In this document: in pieces, positions 41,485 to 53,592 of the stretch
Layout of the letters: the number at the start of each line of letters is the position of its first letter
Position numbering within the stretch: the first letter of the stretch is position 1
Assembly: GCA_964016885.1 (NCBI GenBank)
Contig: OZ024763.1
Span: 11,842,001-11,906,000 of the forward strand
Source of the DNA: Eledone cirrhosa
Taxonomy: Eukaryota
Direction: 5' to 3'
Length of the DNA: 64,000 bases
Notes under the pieces: model-generated
What the model saw: only the letters and a program-made list of their open reading frames with translations
Told to the model about the DNA's origin: nothing
Database searches by the model: none
Position numbers and translations under genes: made by a program

Positions 41485-41895
41485 GTGAGGGTAGTGGTGG
41501 CGGCGTTGGTGGTGGGGCTAGTGGTAGTGGTGGCGGCGTTGGTGGTGGGGCTAGTGGTAGTGGTGGCGGCGTTGGTGGTGGGGCTAGTGGTATTGGTGGT
41601 GGTGGTGGTGGTGGTGATGGGGCTAGTGGTGGTGGTGGTGGTGGTGATGGGGCTAGTGGTATTGGTGGTGGTGATGGGGGTAGTGGTATTGGTGGTGGTG
41701 GTGATGGGGCTAGTGGTATTGGTGGTGGCTGCGTTGGTGATGGGGGTAGTGGTATTGGTGGTGGTGATGGGGCTAGTGGTATTGGTGGTGGTGGTGATGG
41801 GGCTAGTGGTATTGGTGGCGGTGTTGGTGATGGGGGTAGTGGTATTGATGGTGTTGGAGATGGGGGTAGTGGTATTGGTAGTGGTGATGGTGATG
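41485..41895. repeat. (GGT)n-based minisatellite
   Basis: ggtgatggggctagtggtattggt units. Confidence 0.9.
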
Positions 41896-42411
41896 CTTAG
41901 CTGAAGCACGTTTCTCGCTCTCTCTCTCTCACTCTCTCCTCTCTCACTCTCTCCTCTCTCTCTCTCTTCTCTCTCTCCTCTCTCGCTCTCCTCTCTCTCT
42001 CTCCTCTCTCACTCTCTCCCCTCTCTCTCTCCATATGTAATACATGGAAGTAAATGGAAAAAATTAGAGACCATATTGTTCTGGGGTATAATTCCTGCAT
42101 TAATAATAACAACAACAATAATAAAAAGCATCGTTTCTATAAATCAACCAGAAATATGACAGATATACTGACAAATGTTGACATTTGTCATAGTGAATGT
42201 AACCACCTAATGGTGGTGGTGATGGTAGTGGTTGTTGGGTGTTGATAGGTGGTTCTGTTGTGTATAATGTGAAATTGATTGTTTACACAACCACCACTTC
42301 ATGTAACCATCACCACATAACTGCAGAGGGCAGAGGAACCCCTCCATAGTCAGTATAGCTTCTTAAAAACAAGACAATGAAATAAGTTTCCTTCAAATCA
42401 TCTCCTAGATA

Positions 42412-42679
42412 CTGCTGCCCTGTCGCTACAGTGCCGGCCGCCTTCCATGCCATGTTGCTCTCAACGAGGTCATAAAGCATGGCTTGGTTGCTGCAGGCTT
42501 CCCCTCCCAGTTCAAGCCGGCGGGGTTGGGCTGAGGGGACGGCAAAAGGCCAGACAACATAACCATCTTCCAGTTCCACAGTGGTAAAACCCTCATCTGG
42601 GCTGCCACATGCAGCGATACATTTTCCAGCGACAACCTAGTGCAGTCTGTGACTACCCTAGGTTCTGCTGCACAGTGGG
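42412..42679 (+). mobile_element. CRE-like non-LTR retrotransposon fragment (zinc knuckle plus restriction-like endonuclease)
   Basis: LLPCRYSAGRLPCHVALNEVIKHGLVAAGFPSQFKPAGLG*GDGKRPDNITIFQFHSGKTLIWAATCSDTF matches C..G..RH..LN..I / EP.GL..DGKRPD / W(D).TC.DT; one in-frame stop. Confidence 0.8.
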
Positions 42680-42945
42680 TGTGTGGTTATTTTGTGTTTG
42701 CACCTGGTGTGTATGTGTATGTTTCAGAGACACACATTCATGACAGCTTGTTTTTTTACCTCAACTTGTACCACCCATGAAGACTATAAAGCATTTTGTG
42801 TTCATGGTGTAATCGGTAGACCACCCATGGAACTTTCTGGTATGGATAGTAACTTAACACATGGTTCTTATATAAAAAATTTACTGGAACATTTGATTTA
42901 AATAGAATCCTATTAAAATAGGTGTGTTTATCTCATAGCACCAGA

Positions 42946-43150
42946 AGTTGGTTTGTCTCATAGAACCAAAGGTTGGTTTGTCTCATAGAACCAAAGGTTG
43001 GTTTGTCTCAGAGAACCAAAGGTTGGTTTGTCTCAGAGAACCAAAGGTTGGTTTGTCTCATAGAACCAGAGGTTGGTTTGTCTCATAGAACCAGAGGTTG
43101 GTTTGTCTCATAGAACCAAAGGTTGGTTTGTCTCATAGAACCAGAGATTG
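42946..43150. repeat. 25-bp minisatellite (ggttggtttgtctcatagaaccaaa), ~8 copies
   Basis: Period 25 (42971, 42996, 43021). Confidence 0.95.
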
Positions 43151-43661
43151 GTGTCACAGGGTTAATGAAGAGTGTTGAAAGATTTACTAAAATTATTAAC
43201 TATTTGATAAACTAAGATAGTAAGATATGGTTCTTATATAAAACTATGCTGTGAGATGTTTATTTAAAGAGGGACCCTTTGAAATGGTGGGGGTTGTTTC
43301 ATACAAGCCTTTAAAATGGGGGGGGGGGGGTTCAGGTTGATTATCAAAAGAGTTTATGAAGAATTTTTAGGGGTTTATTAAAATTATTAATTATTTCATT
43401 TACTAAGTCATGTAGCATATGGTTCTTTTATAAAATTGTAATTTGAATAGGGACTCTTTAACATGGATGGTTTTGTTTCATAGAACCAGAGCTGGTTTTG
43501 TTCGGGTTGATTATGAAAGGGGTTAAACAGGGGAAACATGTGACGTTTATTTCTTTTCATCTACATCCCATACTTCATCCTGTGCTTGAAAACAAACAGT
43601 TCAGCATTACAGAACCAACATTGGTTTCAGTTAGCAAAAGGATTAAAAGTGTGTGTGTATA

Positions 43662-43980
43662 TATCATCATCATTGTTTTACATTGATTCTTTCACGCTAG
43701 CATGGGTTAGACGGGTTGTCCTGTTGTGGGCAGTGTCCAGTCGGCTGACCTTGTCTTGCTCATACGGGAACTGATTCTGGCTTGATTTCTACAGCTGGAT
43801 GCCCTTTCTAACACCAACCTCATTTTCAGTGAGTGCTGGGTGCTTTTTTTCCGTGGCGCCTACATGTCCACTTTACAGTGTGGGCTGGGTGCTTTTTAAC
43901 GTAACACCTACACGATCACCTTATAGTGTGGGCTGGGTGCTTTTTTTGTTGTGACACCTCCACGACCACTTTGCAGTGGG
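43662..43980 (-). mobile_element. SINE family 1, 3' part
   Basis: Reverse complement of 32850-33124 with an extra internal module. Confidence 0.85.
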
Positions 43981-44348
43981 AGGGGAGGGGGGGGGGGCAT
44001 ATTGTCTATATGCTTCGGCTTGTTCCCGTGGGAATATATATATATAAAATACTACCAAACTTATAGAAGTCAGGTCTGAGAAAATCACAGACTTGCGCCA
44101 TATCACCTGTAGACAAAGCTCGCAGATTCTAATGAATAGATCCAAGCATTTATTCGAATATTGATTGACATATATATAAAAAGACATCAAATCTTGACAG
44201 GGGATAATTTGTAAAGGGTGCAAGAACACTTAGGTGCAGAGGTATATTGAAATTTAATGAAAACTTCATATATCCTGACTAGAAACTGCTAAATGTGTGG
44301 CCGCCTTCTTGTCGCTCTGCCTTTTCAGCTCCATGGATTAAATTTCGA

Positions 44349-44406
44349 ATACCTGATGATGTCACCGGATTCATACTGAACCCGGTCATTGAAATGTTCA
44401 TAGTAT
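44349..44406 (+). ncRNA. Type I hammerhead ribozyme motif within a TA-flanked insert (~44045-44455)
   Basis: atac-CTGATGA-tgtcaccggattcatactgaacccggtcatt-GAAA-tgttca-TA-gtat: stem I atac/gtat, stem II accgg/ccggt, stem III ATG/CAT. Confidence 0.75.
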
Positions 44407-44608
44407 AATAAACCTTTAAGGAACTACACCAGTCCAGCCTCCTGTTATTTTATAATATATATATATGATGATGATTATATATGCTTTTTGCCTTTGCACA
44501 CGGTACCATGACAAAACTGCTTTATCATTCATTTGCTCTCATTCTGTGGCTGATAGCTTCACGACCGCTGTTTTCATTTAACTAGTCTAGAAGTCCTTTA
44601 TTGACAAG

Positions 44609-44686
44609 GCCGTGATGCATTTTTTGATGACGACAGTGGCTATGGGATTCCACGTAGTATCCAGTGTCATGATCTCATCAGACGGC
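44609..44686 (-). ncRNA. Degenerate hammerhead ribozyme motif in a TA-flanked insert (~44480-44784)
   Basis: gccgt-CTGATGA-...-aaaaa-ATGCAT-C-acggc: 5-bp stem I, palindromic stem III; G of GAAA lost. Confidence 0.55.
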
Positions 44687-44810
44687 TCCTTACATAATAA
44701 GGTTACAATCAGGAGGTAATCCAAAATTGAAGTGACAAGGGAGCGGACAAACACGATTTTCATGAAGCGAATGCCCGTTCCACTATATATATATATATGT
44801 ATATATATAT

Positions 44811-44972
44811 ATAGGAACGAGTAGGACCCCGACGGCTGAGCTCAAGCCGGGTCGAAACGGCTTGAGCTCAGCCGTCGGGGTCCTACTCGTTTCTATTACC
44901 CACTCTACCACCCTAAGTATTGAGTACTTTGGTGCGTTATGGTCCACCTGGTTCCTTACCACATCTCCTTCG

Positions 44973-44974
<2 letters not shown>
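44811..44974 (+). mobile_element. Fold-back insert in (TA)n (10465 family): 39-bp arms, loop ggtcgaaa, 78-nt tail
   Basis: 44811-44849 / 44858-44896; tail contains TATTGAGTACT. Confidence 0.75.
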
Positions 44975-45022
<48 letters not shown>

Positions 45023-45030
45023 GGAGAGAG

Positions 45031-45063
<33 letters not shown>

Positions 45064-45272
45064 AATTCTTTTGTTAACCTGTTTAGCTTGCTTCGTTTTG
45101 TTTGGCTCCGGTGGCTGATAGCTTCACGACCGCTGTTTTCATTTTATCTGGCCTCTAACGTATGTTAATTGCTCTGGTCTTCTTTTAGTCCATTGAGCGC
45201 TTGCCGCATATCTCGAGGATTACGTTTCCTTTTGTTTTTGGCCCCCGCCGAAATACGATCTCGCTGAAATTA

Positions 45273-45315
<43 letters not shown>

Positions 45316-45550
45316 TCATCATCATCGTTTAACGTCCATGTTCCACGCTTGCATGGGTTTGGACGGGAGTTTTCCCACTTGAGGCAAGAGTGGTTGTCAT
45401 TGCTCGCATAGGACTGTCTGGCGGGTTTTCTACAGCTGGATGCCCTTCCTAACACCAACCACATTTACTGTGTGGACTGGGAGGTTTTTACCGTGTTGCC
45501 TACACGGCCACATTACAGCGTGGACTGTGTGTTTTTTTTTTGTCGTGACA

Positions 45551-45582
<32 letters not shown>

Positions 45583-45585
<3 letters not shown>

Positions 45586-46023
45586 GAGGAGGTTATAGTT
45601 CACTTGAAGCATTGTGTAATGAGGTATAAACGTTAGAATATGTGTAAGGCCAAGACAATGCAGATATGGACATAGAAAAAAGAATGCAATAGTGAGAGAT
45701 ATTGATGAGAATTCGTCTTTCACCTTGAATTTATTTAAATGTCCTTAATTTTCGAGATAATATCTCTTCTTCGGAGGGAAGTAAAAGTCTCAGACCAGCG
45801 TCTTAAATTTATACTATTTCCGGTCAGCATGGCTTCATTGGAAATTTAAGACACTGGTCTGAGACTTTTACTTCCCTCCGAAGAAGAGATATTATCTCGA
45901 AAATTAAGGACATTTAAATAAATTCAAGGTGAAAGACGAATTCTCATCAATATCTCTCACTATTGCATTCTTTTTTCTATGTCCATATCTGCATTGTCTT
46001 GGCCTTATTACACATATTATAAC

Positions 46024-46030
<7 letters not shown>
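45583..46030 (-). mobile_element. Fold-back insert in (TA)n: ~186-bp near-perfect arms, 31-nt loop, ~42-nt tail, hammerhead variant in the arms
   Basis: 45625-45810 / 45842-46030; cct-CCGAAGA-a-GAGAT-att-ATCTC-GAAA-at-TA-agg at 45875-45909. Confidence 0.78.
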
Positions 46031-46079
<49 letters not shown>

Positions 46080-46717
46080 TGTTTTTTCATCACCAAGAAA
46101 ACCCCTTCTTTGTAGTAGATTTCTTCCCTCAAGGCTGAGGTCCCTGAGAACTTATAAATTACAAAAGTACCTTTCCACTTAACACTCATAGCTGTGAACC
46201 TTATATATTAGATATCTCCAGGAGTACTCAAGGCTGTAGCCCCGCCACACACACACCTTATACATTACAGGAGAATATATTACCACCACACCATTCTGTA
46301 GCTCCCTATACCTTACATGTTCAAGGAGAATATATCATCACCACCACCACCACCATCACCACAATCTCTCCAGGTTGTTGACATAACTCAACATAAATTA
46401 AAGGTTTATTTCTTAATTAAATTGTCAGTACACCTCTTCAACAACTCTGTGTGTATATGTCTATGTGTATATGTGGTTGTGTGTGTATATGTCTGTGTGT
46501 ATATATGTCTGTGTATTAAATTGTCTTCAACAACTATGTGTATATATGTCTGTGTATATGTGGTTGTGTGTGTATACGTCTGTGTATATGTGGTTGTGTG
46601 TGTGTATATGTATGTATATATGTGGTTGTGTGTCTATGTATGCATGTATATGTGGTTGTGTGTGTGTGTCTATGTATATATGTATCTATGTGTGTGATGT
46701 GATGTTTCCTTGTGATG

Positions 46718-46981
46718 CGGGTGATGTTATTTCCTTGAGCAAGACACTTTATTTCACATTGCTCCAGTTTACTCAGCTGTAGAAATGAGATGAGAGGGAC
46801 TGGGGTCCCTATCATTCCACTGTAAAGTGGACGTGGAGGTGCCACGGCAAAAAGGCACCCAGCACTCACTGTAAATGAGGTTGGTGTTAGGAAGGGCATC
46901 CAGCTGTAGAAATCAAGCCAGAATCAGTTCCCGTCCTACCCTTGCAAGCAGGGAAAAGCGGACGTAAAATGATGATGATGA
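46718..46981 (+). mobile_element. SINE family 1 lacking its tRNA head
   Basis: Matches 12598-12870. Confidence 0.85.
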
Positions 46982-48089
46982 TATATATAATATATATACA
47001 CACACACATATGTATGTGTATATTTTCGTAGAAAAGGTGAAGGAAAGAAGAGTGCTCTATGTATTATATAGAGCTATTTAATTTCATATATTTATATGTG
47101 TGTTTGTGTATGTATACATGTCATTATGTGAGTGTATGTGTGTGCTTCTGTTTATATATACATATATATGTTTATATATATCTGTATTTGTTTATGAATA
47201 TGTATGTGTGTGGATGTGTTTGTGTGTGTATATGTATGTATACATGTAGGTATGTGTGTGTATTTGTGTATGTGTTTATATGTGAATATGTATATGTATA
47301 CATGTAGCTATGTGAGTGTATATGTGTTTCTGTTAATATGTGAATATGTATGTATACATGTAGCTATGTGAGTGTATATATGTGTGTTTCTGTTTATAAG
47401 TGAATATTTATGTGTGTATACATGTAGCTATGTGAGTGTATATATGTGTGTTTCTGTTTATATGTGAATATGTATGTATACATGTAACTATGTGAGTATA
47501 TATACGTGTGTTTCTGTTAACATGTATATATACACTGTACAATATAAAATAAATCTTCATGACTGTACATGATATTCCAGTGTTTAGTTCATTAAAACAT
47601 GTTGTAAGCTTACATCTCATTGGCTGTTAAATTTCTTTGCAATGGAAAGAGAAAGAAAGAGGAAAACAGACAGAAAGAAAGTAAGAGGGGGGGGGGGAGA
47701 GGCATCTTGCTGGAAATTTATTCTCTCGTTAATTAAATAAAAGACACCATATTCTCATTATTATTTAATTTTCTTAATATTTATTTAAATTAATTACATT
47801 TCAACTCCAATATTTGCTCTCCCAATATATTCACAGACTGTTTCAATATGATTGTGTCTCTTCAGTACAGACTAATTACATTACATTAGGTTATATTGTA
47901 TTAGGTTGTATTATATTTATTTGTTAAGTATGTGTAAAAGAAAAAAAAGTGGAAATTGGTGGTGGCGGGGAGGGGCGGGGTATTTGATACAAATATTTGA
48001 TAAATCTCTAATGCGGTTCACTGAGTTCATGCTGCTGCTGCTGGGTCGGCTGGGAGTTGAGTGTTTGATGTTGACACTGATGCTGCTGG

Positions 48090-48122
<33 letters not shown>

Positions 48123-48134
48123 CACCATCACTAC

Positions 48135-51100
48135 TCCACTGCACAACAACTACTCCACTGCCACAACAACTACACCACTGCCACAACAACTACTCCACTG
48201 CCACAACAACTACTCCACTGCCACAACACCACACACACAACCACCACTGCCACAACAACCACTCCACTGCCACAAACAACTACTCCACTGCCACAACAAC
48301 TACTCACTGCCACAACACTACAGCCACCACTGCACAACAACTCCACTGCCACAACAACTACTCCACTGCCACAACAACTACTCCACTGCCACAACAACTA
48401 CACCACTGCCACAAACAAACTACACCACTGCCACAACAACTACACCACTGCCACAACAACTACACCCTGCCACAACAACTACTCCACTGCCACAACAACT
48501 ACTCCACTGCCACAACAACTACTCCACTGCCACAACAACTACACCACTGCCACAACAACTACACCACTGCCACAACAACTACTCCACTGCCACAACAACT
48601 ACTCCACTGCCACAACAACTACACCACTGCCACAACAACTACACCACTGCCACAATAACTACTCCACTGCCACAACAACTACACCACTGCCACAACAACT
48701 ACACCACTGCCACAACAACTACTCCACTGCCACAACAACTACACCACTGCCACAACAACTACACCACTGCCACAACAACTACTCCACTCACAACAACTAC
48801 ACCACTGCCACAACAACTACTCCACTGCCACAACAACTACACCACTGCCACAACAACTACTCCACTGCCACAACAACTACTCCACTGCCACAACAACTAC
48901 ACCCTGCCACAACAACTACACCACTGCCACAACAACTACTCCACTGCCACAACAACTACTCCACTGCCACAACAACTACACCACTGCACAACAACTACAC
49001 CACTGCCACAACAACTACTCCACTGCCACAACAACTACACCACTGCCACAACAACTACACCACTGCCACAACAACTACACCACTGCCACAACAACTTACA
49101 CCACTGCCACAACAACTACTCCGATCACAACAACTACACCACTGCCACAACAACTACACTACAGCCACAACAACTACACCACTGCCACAACAACTACTCA
49201 CTGCCACAACAACTACTCCACTGCCACAACAACTACTCCGATCACAACAACTACTCCACTGCCACAACAACTACTCCACTGCCACAACAACTACTCCGGT
49301 CACAACAACTACTCCACTGCCACAACAACTACTCCACTGCCACAACAACTACACCACTGCCACAACAACTACTCCACTGCACAACAACTACTCCACTGCC
49401 ACAACAACTACACCACTGCCACAACAACTACTCCACTGCCACAACAACTACTCCACTGCCACAACAACTACTCCACTGCCACAACAACTACTCACTGCCA
49501 CAACAACTACACCACTGCCACAACAACTACTCCACTGCCACAACAACTACTCCACAGCCACAACAACTACACCACAGCCACAACAACTACACCACAGCCA
49601 CAACAACTACTCCACTGCCACAACAACTACTCCACTGCCACAACAACTACACCACTGCCACAACAACTACTCCACTGCCACAACAACTACTCCACTGCCA
49701 CAACAACTACACCACTGCTCAACAACTACTCCACTGCCACAACAACTACTCCACTGCCACAACAACTACACCACTGCCACAACAACTACTCCACTGCACA
49801 ACAACTACTCCACAGCCACAACAACTACACCACAGCCACAACAACTACTCCACTGCCACAACAACTACACCACTGCCACAACAACTACACCACTGCCACA
49901 ACAACTACACCACTGCCACAACAACTACTCCACTGCCACAACAACTACACCACTGCCACAACAACTACACTACAGCCACAACAACTACTCCACTGCCACA
50001 ACAACTACTCCACTGCCACAACAACTACTCCACTGCCACAACAACTACACACTGCCACAACAACTACTCCACTGCCACAACAACTACACCACTGCCACAA
50101 CAACTACACCACAGCCACAACAACTACACCACTGCCACAACAACTACTCCACTGCCACAACAACTACACCACTGCCACAAACAACTACTCCACTGCCACA
50201 ACAACTACACCACTGCCACAACTACACCACTGCCACAACAACTACACCACTGCCACAACAACTACACTACAGCCACAACAACTACACCACTGCCACAACA
50301 ACTACACCACTGCCACAACAACTACACCACTGCCCCAACAACTACACACTGCCACAACAACTACACTACAGCCACAACAACTACACTACAGCCACAACAA
50401 CTACACCACTGCCACAACAACTACACTACAGCCACAACAACTACACCACTGCCACAACAACTACACACTGCCACAACAACTACACCACTGGCCACAACAA
50501 CTACACCACTGCCACAACACACACCACTGCCACAACACTACACCACTGCCACAACAACTACACTACAGCCACAACAACTACACCACTGCCACAACAACTA
50601 CACCACTGCCACAACAACTACACCACTACACCACTGCCACAACAACTACACACTGCCACAACAACTACACCACAGCCACAACAACCACACACAACTACAC
50701 CACAGCCACCACAACTACACCACTGCCACAACAACTACACCACAGCCACACAACTACACCACTGCCACAACAACTACACCACAGCCACACAACTACACCA
50801 CTGCCACAACAACTACACCACAACTACACCACAGCCACCACAACTACACACTGCCACAACAACTACACCACTGCCACAACAACTACACCACTGCCACAAC
50901 AACTACACCACTGCCACAACAACTACACTACAGCCACAACAACTACACCACTGCCACAACAACTACACCACTGCCACAACAACTACACCACAGCCACAAC
51001 AACTACACCACTGCCACAACAACTACACCACTGCCACAACAACTACACCACTGCCACAACAACTACACCACAACTACACCACTGCCACAACAACTACACC

Positions 51101-53392
51101 ACAGCCACAACAACTACACCACTGCCACAACAACTACACCACTGCCACAACAACTACACACTGCCACAACAACTACACCACTGCCACAACAACTACACCA
51201 CAGCCACAACAACTACACACTGCCACAACAACTACACACTGCACAACACTACACCACTGCCACAGCAACTACACCACAGCCACAACAACTACACCACTGC
51301 CACAACAACTACACCACTGCCACAACAACTACACCACTGCCACAACAACTACACCACTGCCACAACAACTACACCACTGCCACAACAACTACACTACAGC
51401 CACAACAACTACACTACAGCCACAACAACTACACCACTGCCACAACAACTACACTACAGCCACAACAACTACACCACTGCCACAACAACTACACCACTGC
51501 CACAACAACTACACTACAGCCACAACAACTACACTACTGCCACAACAACTACACCACAGCCACAACAACTACACCACTGCCACAACAACTACACCACAAC
51601 TACACCCAGCCACAACAACTACACCACAGCCACAACAACTACACCACTGCCACAACAACTACACCACTGCCACAACAACTACACCACTGCCACAACAACT
51701 ACACTACAGCCACAACAACTACACTACTGCCACAACAACTACACCACAGCCACAACAACTACACACTGCCACAACAACTACACCACCACCACAGCCACAA
51801 CAACTACACTACAGCCACAACAACTCACCACTGCCACAACAACTACACTACAGCCACAACAACTACACCACTGCCACAACAACTACACCACTGCCACATA
51901 CAACTACACTACAGCCACAACAACTACACTACTGCCACAACAACTACACCACAGCCACAACAACTACACCACTGCCACAACAACTACACCACAACTACAC
52001 CACAGCCACAACAACTACACCACAGCCACAACAACTACACCACTGCCACAACAACTACAACACTGCCACAACAACTACCACTCTCACTGCCACAACAACT
52101 ACACTACAGCCACAACAACTACACTACTGCCACAACAACTACACCACAGCCACAACAACTACACCACTGCCACAACAACTACACCACAACTACACCACAG
52201 CCACAACAACTACACTACAGCCACAACAACTACACCACTGCCAACAACTACACTACAGCCACAACAACTACACCACTGCCACAACAACTACACCACTGCC
52301 ACAACAACTACACTACAGCCACAACAACTACACTACTGCCACAACAACTACACCACAGCCACAACAACTACACCACAGCCACAACAACTACACCACTGCC
52401 ACAACAACTACACCACACTACACCACAGCCACAACAACTACACCACAGCCACAACAACTACACCACTGCCACAACAACTACACCACTGCCACAACAACTA
52501 CACCACTGCCACAACAACACACCACTGCCAACAACTACACTACAGCCACAACAACTACACTACCACTGCCACAACAACTACACCACAGCCACAACAACTA
52601 CACCACTGCACAACAACTACACCACTGCCACAACAACTACACCACTGCCACAACAACTACACCACTGCCACAACAACTACACCACTGCCACAACAACTAC
52701 ACTACAGCCACAACAACTACACTACAGCCACAACAACTACACTACAGCCACAACAACTACACCACAGCCACAACAACTACACCACAGCCACAACAACTAC
52801 ACCACTGCCACAACAACTACACCACAACTACACCACAGCCACAACAACTACACCACTGCACAACAACTACACACTGCCACAACAACAACTCAAACACTAC
52901 AGCCACAACAACTACACCACAGCCACAACAACTACACCACAGCCACAACAACTACACCACTGCCACAACAACTACACCACAACTACACCACAGCCACAAC
53001 AACTACCACACCACTGCCACAACAACTACACCACTGCCACAACAACTACACCACAGCCACAACAACTACACCACTGCCACAACAACTACACCACAGCCAC
53101 AACAACTACACCACAGCCACAACAACTACACTCCACAGCCACAACAACTACACCACTGCCACAACAACTACACCACAACTACACCACAGCCACAACAACT
53201 ACACCACTGCCACAACAACTACACCACTGCCACAACAACTACACCACTGCCACAACAACTACACCACTGCCACAACAACTACACCACAGCCACAACAACT
53301 ACACCACTGCCACAACAACTACACTACAGCCACAACAACCACACCACAGCCACCACAACTACACCACAGCCACAACAACTACACCACAGCCA
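48135..53392. repeat. 20-bp satellite CCACAACAACTAC(T/A)CCACTG, >5 kb, runs into the gap
   Basis: Clear 20-bp periodicity (e.g. 48481-48780). Confidence 0.97.
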
Positions 53393-53592
53393 NNNNNNNN
53401 NNNNNNNNNNNNNNNNNNNNNNNNNNNNNNNNNNNNNNNNNNNNNNNNNNNNNNNNNNNNNNNNNNNNNNNNNNNNNNNNNNNNNNNNNNNNNNNNNNNN
53501 NNNNNNNNNNNNNNNNNNNNNNNNNNNNNNNNNNNNNNNNNNNNNNNNNNNNNNNNNNNNNNNNNNNNNNNNNNNNNNNNNNNNNNNNNNNN
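53393..53592. other. Assembly gap (200 N)
   Basis: Run of N. Confidence 1.

Noticed and set aside
42310-42635. Minus-strand ORFs as a host exon
   Set aside because: They are antisense shadows of the plus-strand CRE-like endonuclease fragment.
44045-44300. GIY-YIG endonuclease remnant upstream of the 44349 hammerhead
   Set aside because: Only vague residue hints across frameshifts and stops; it cannot be supported without a profile search.
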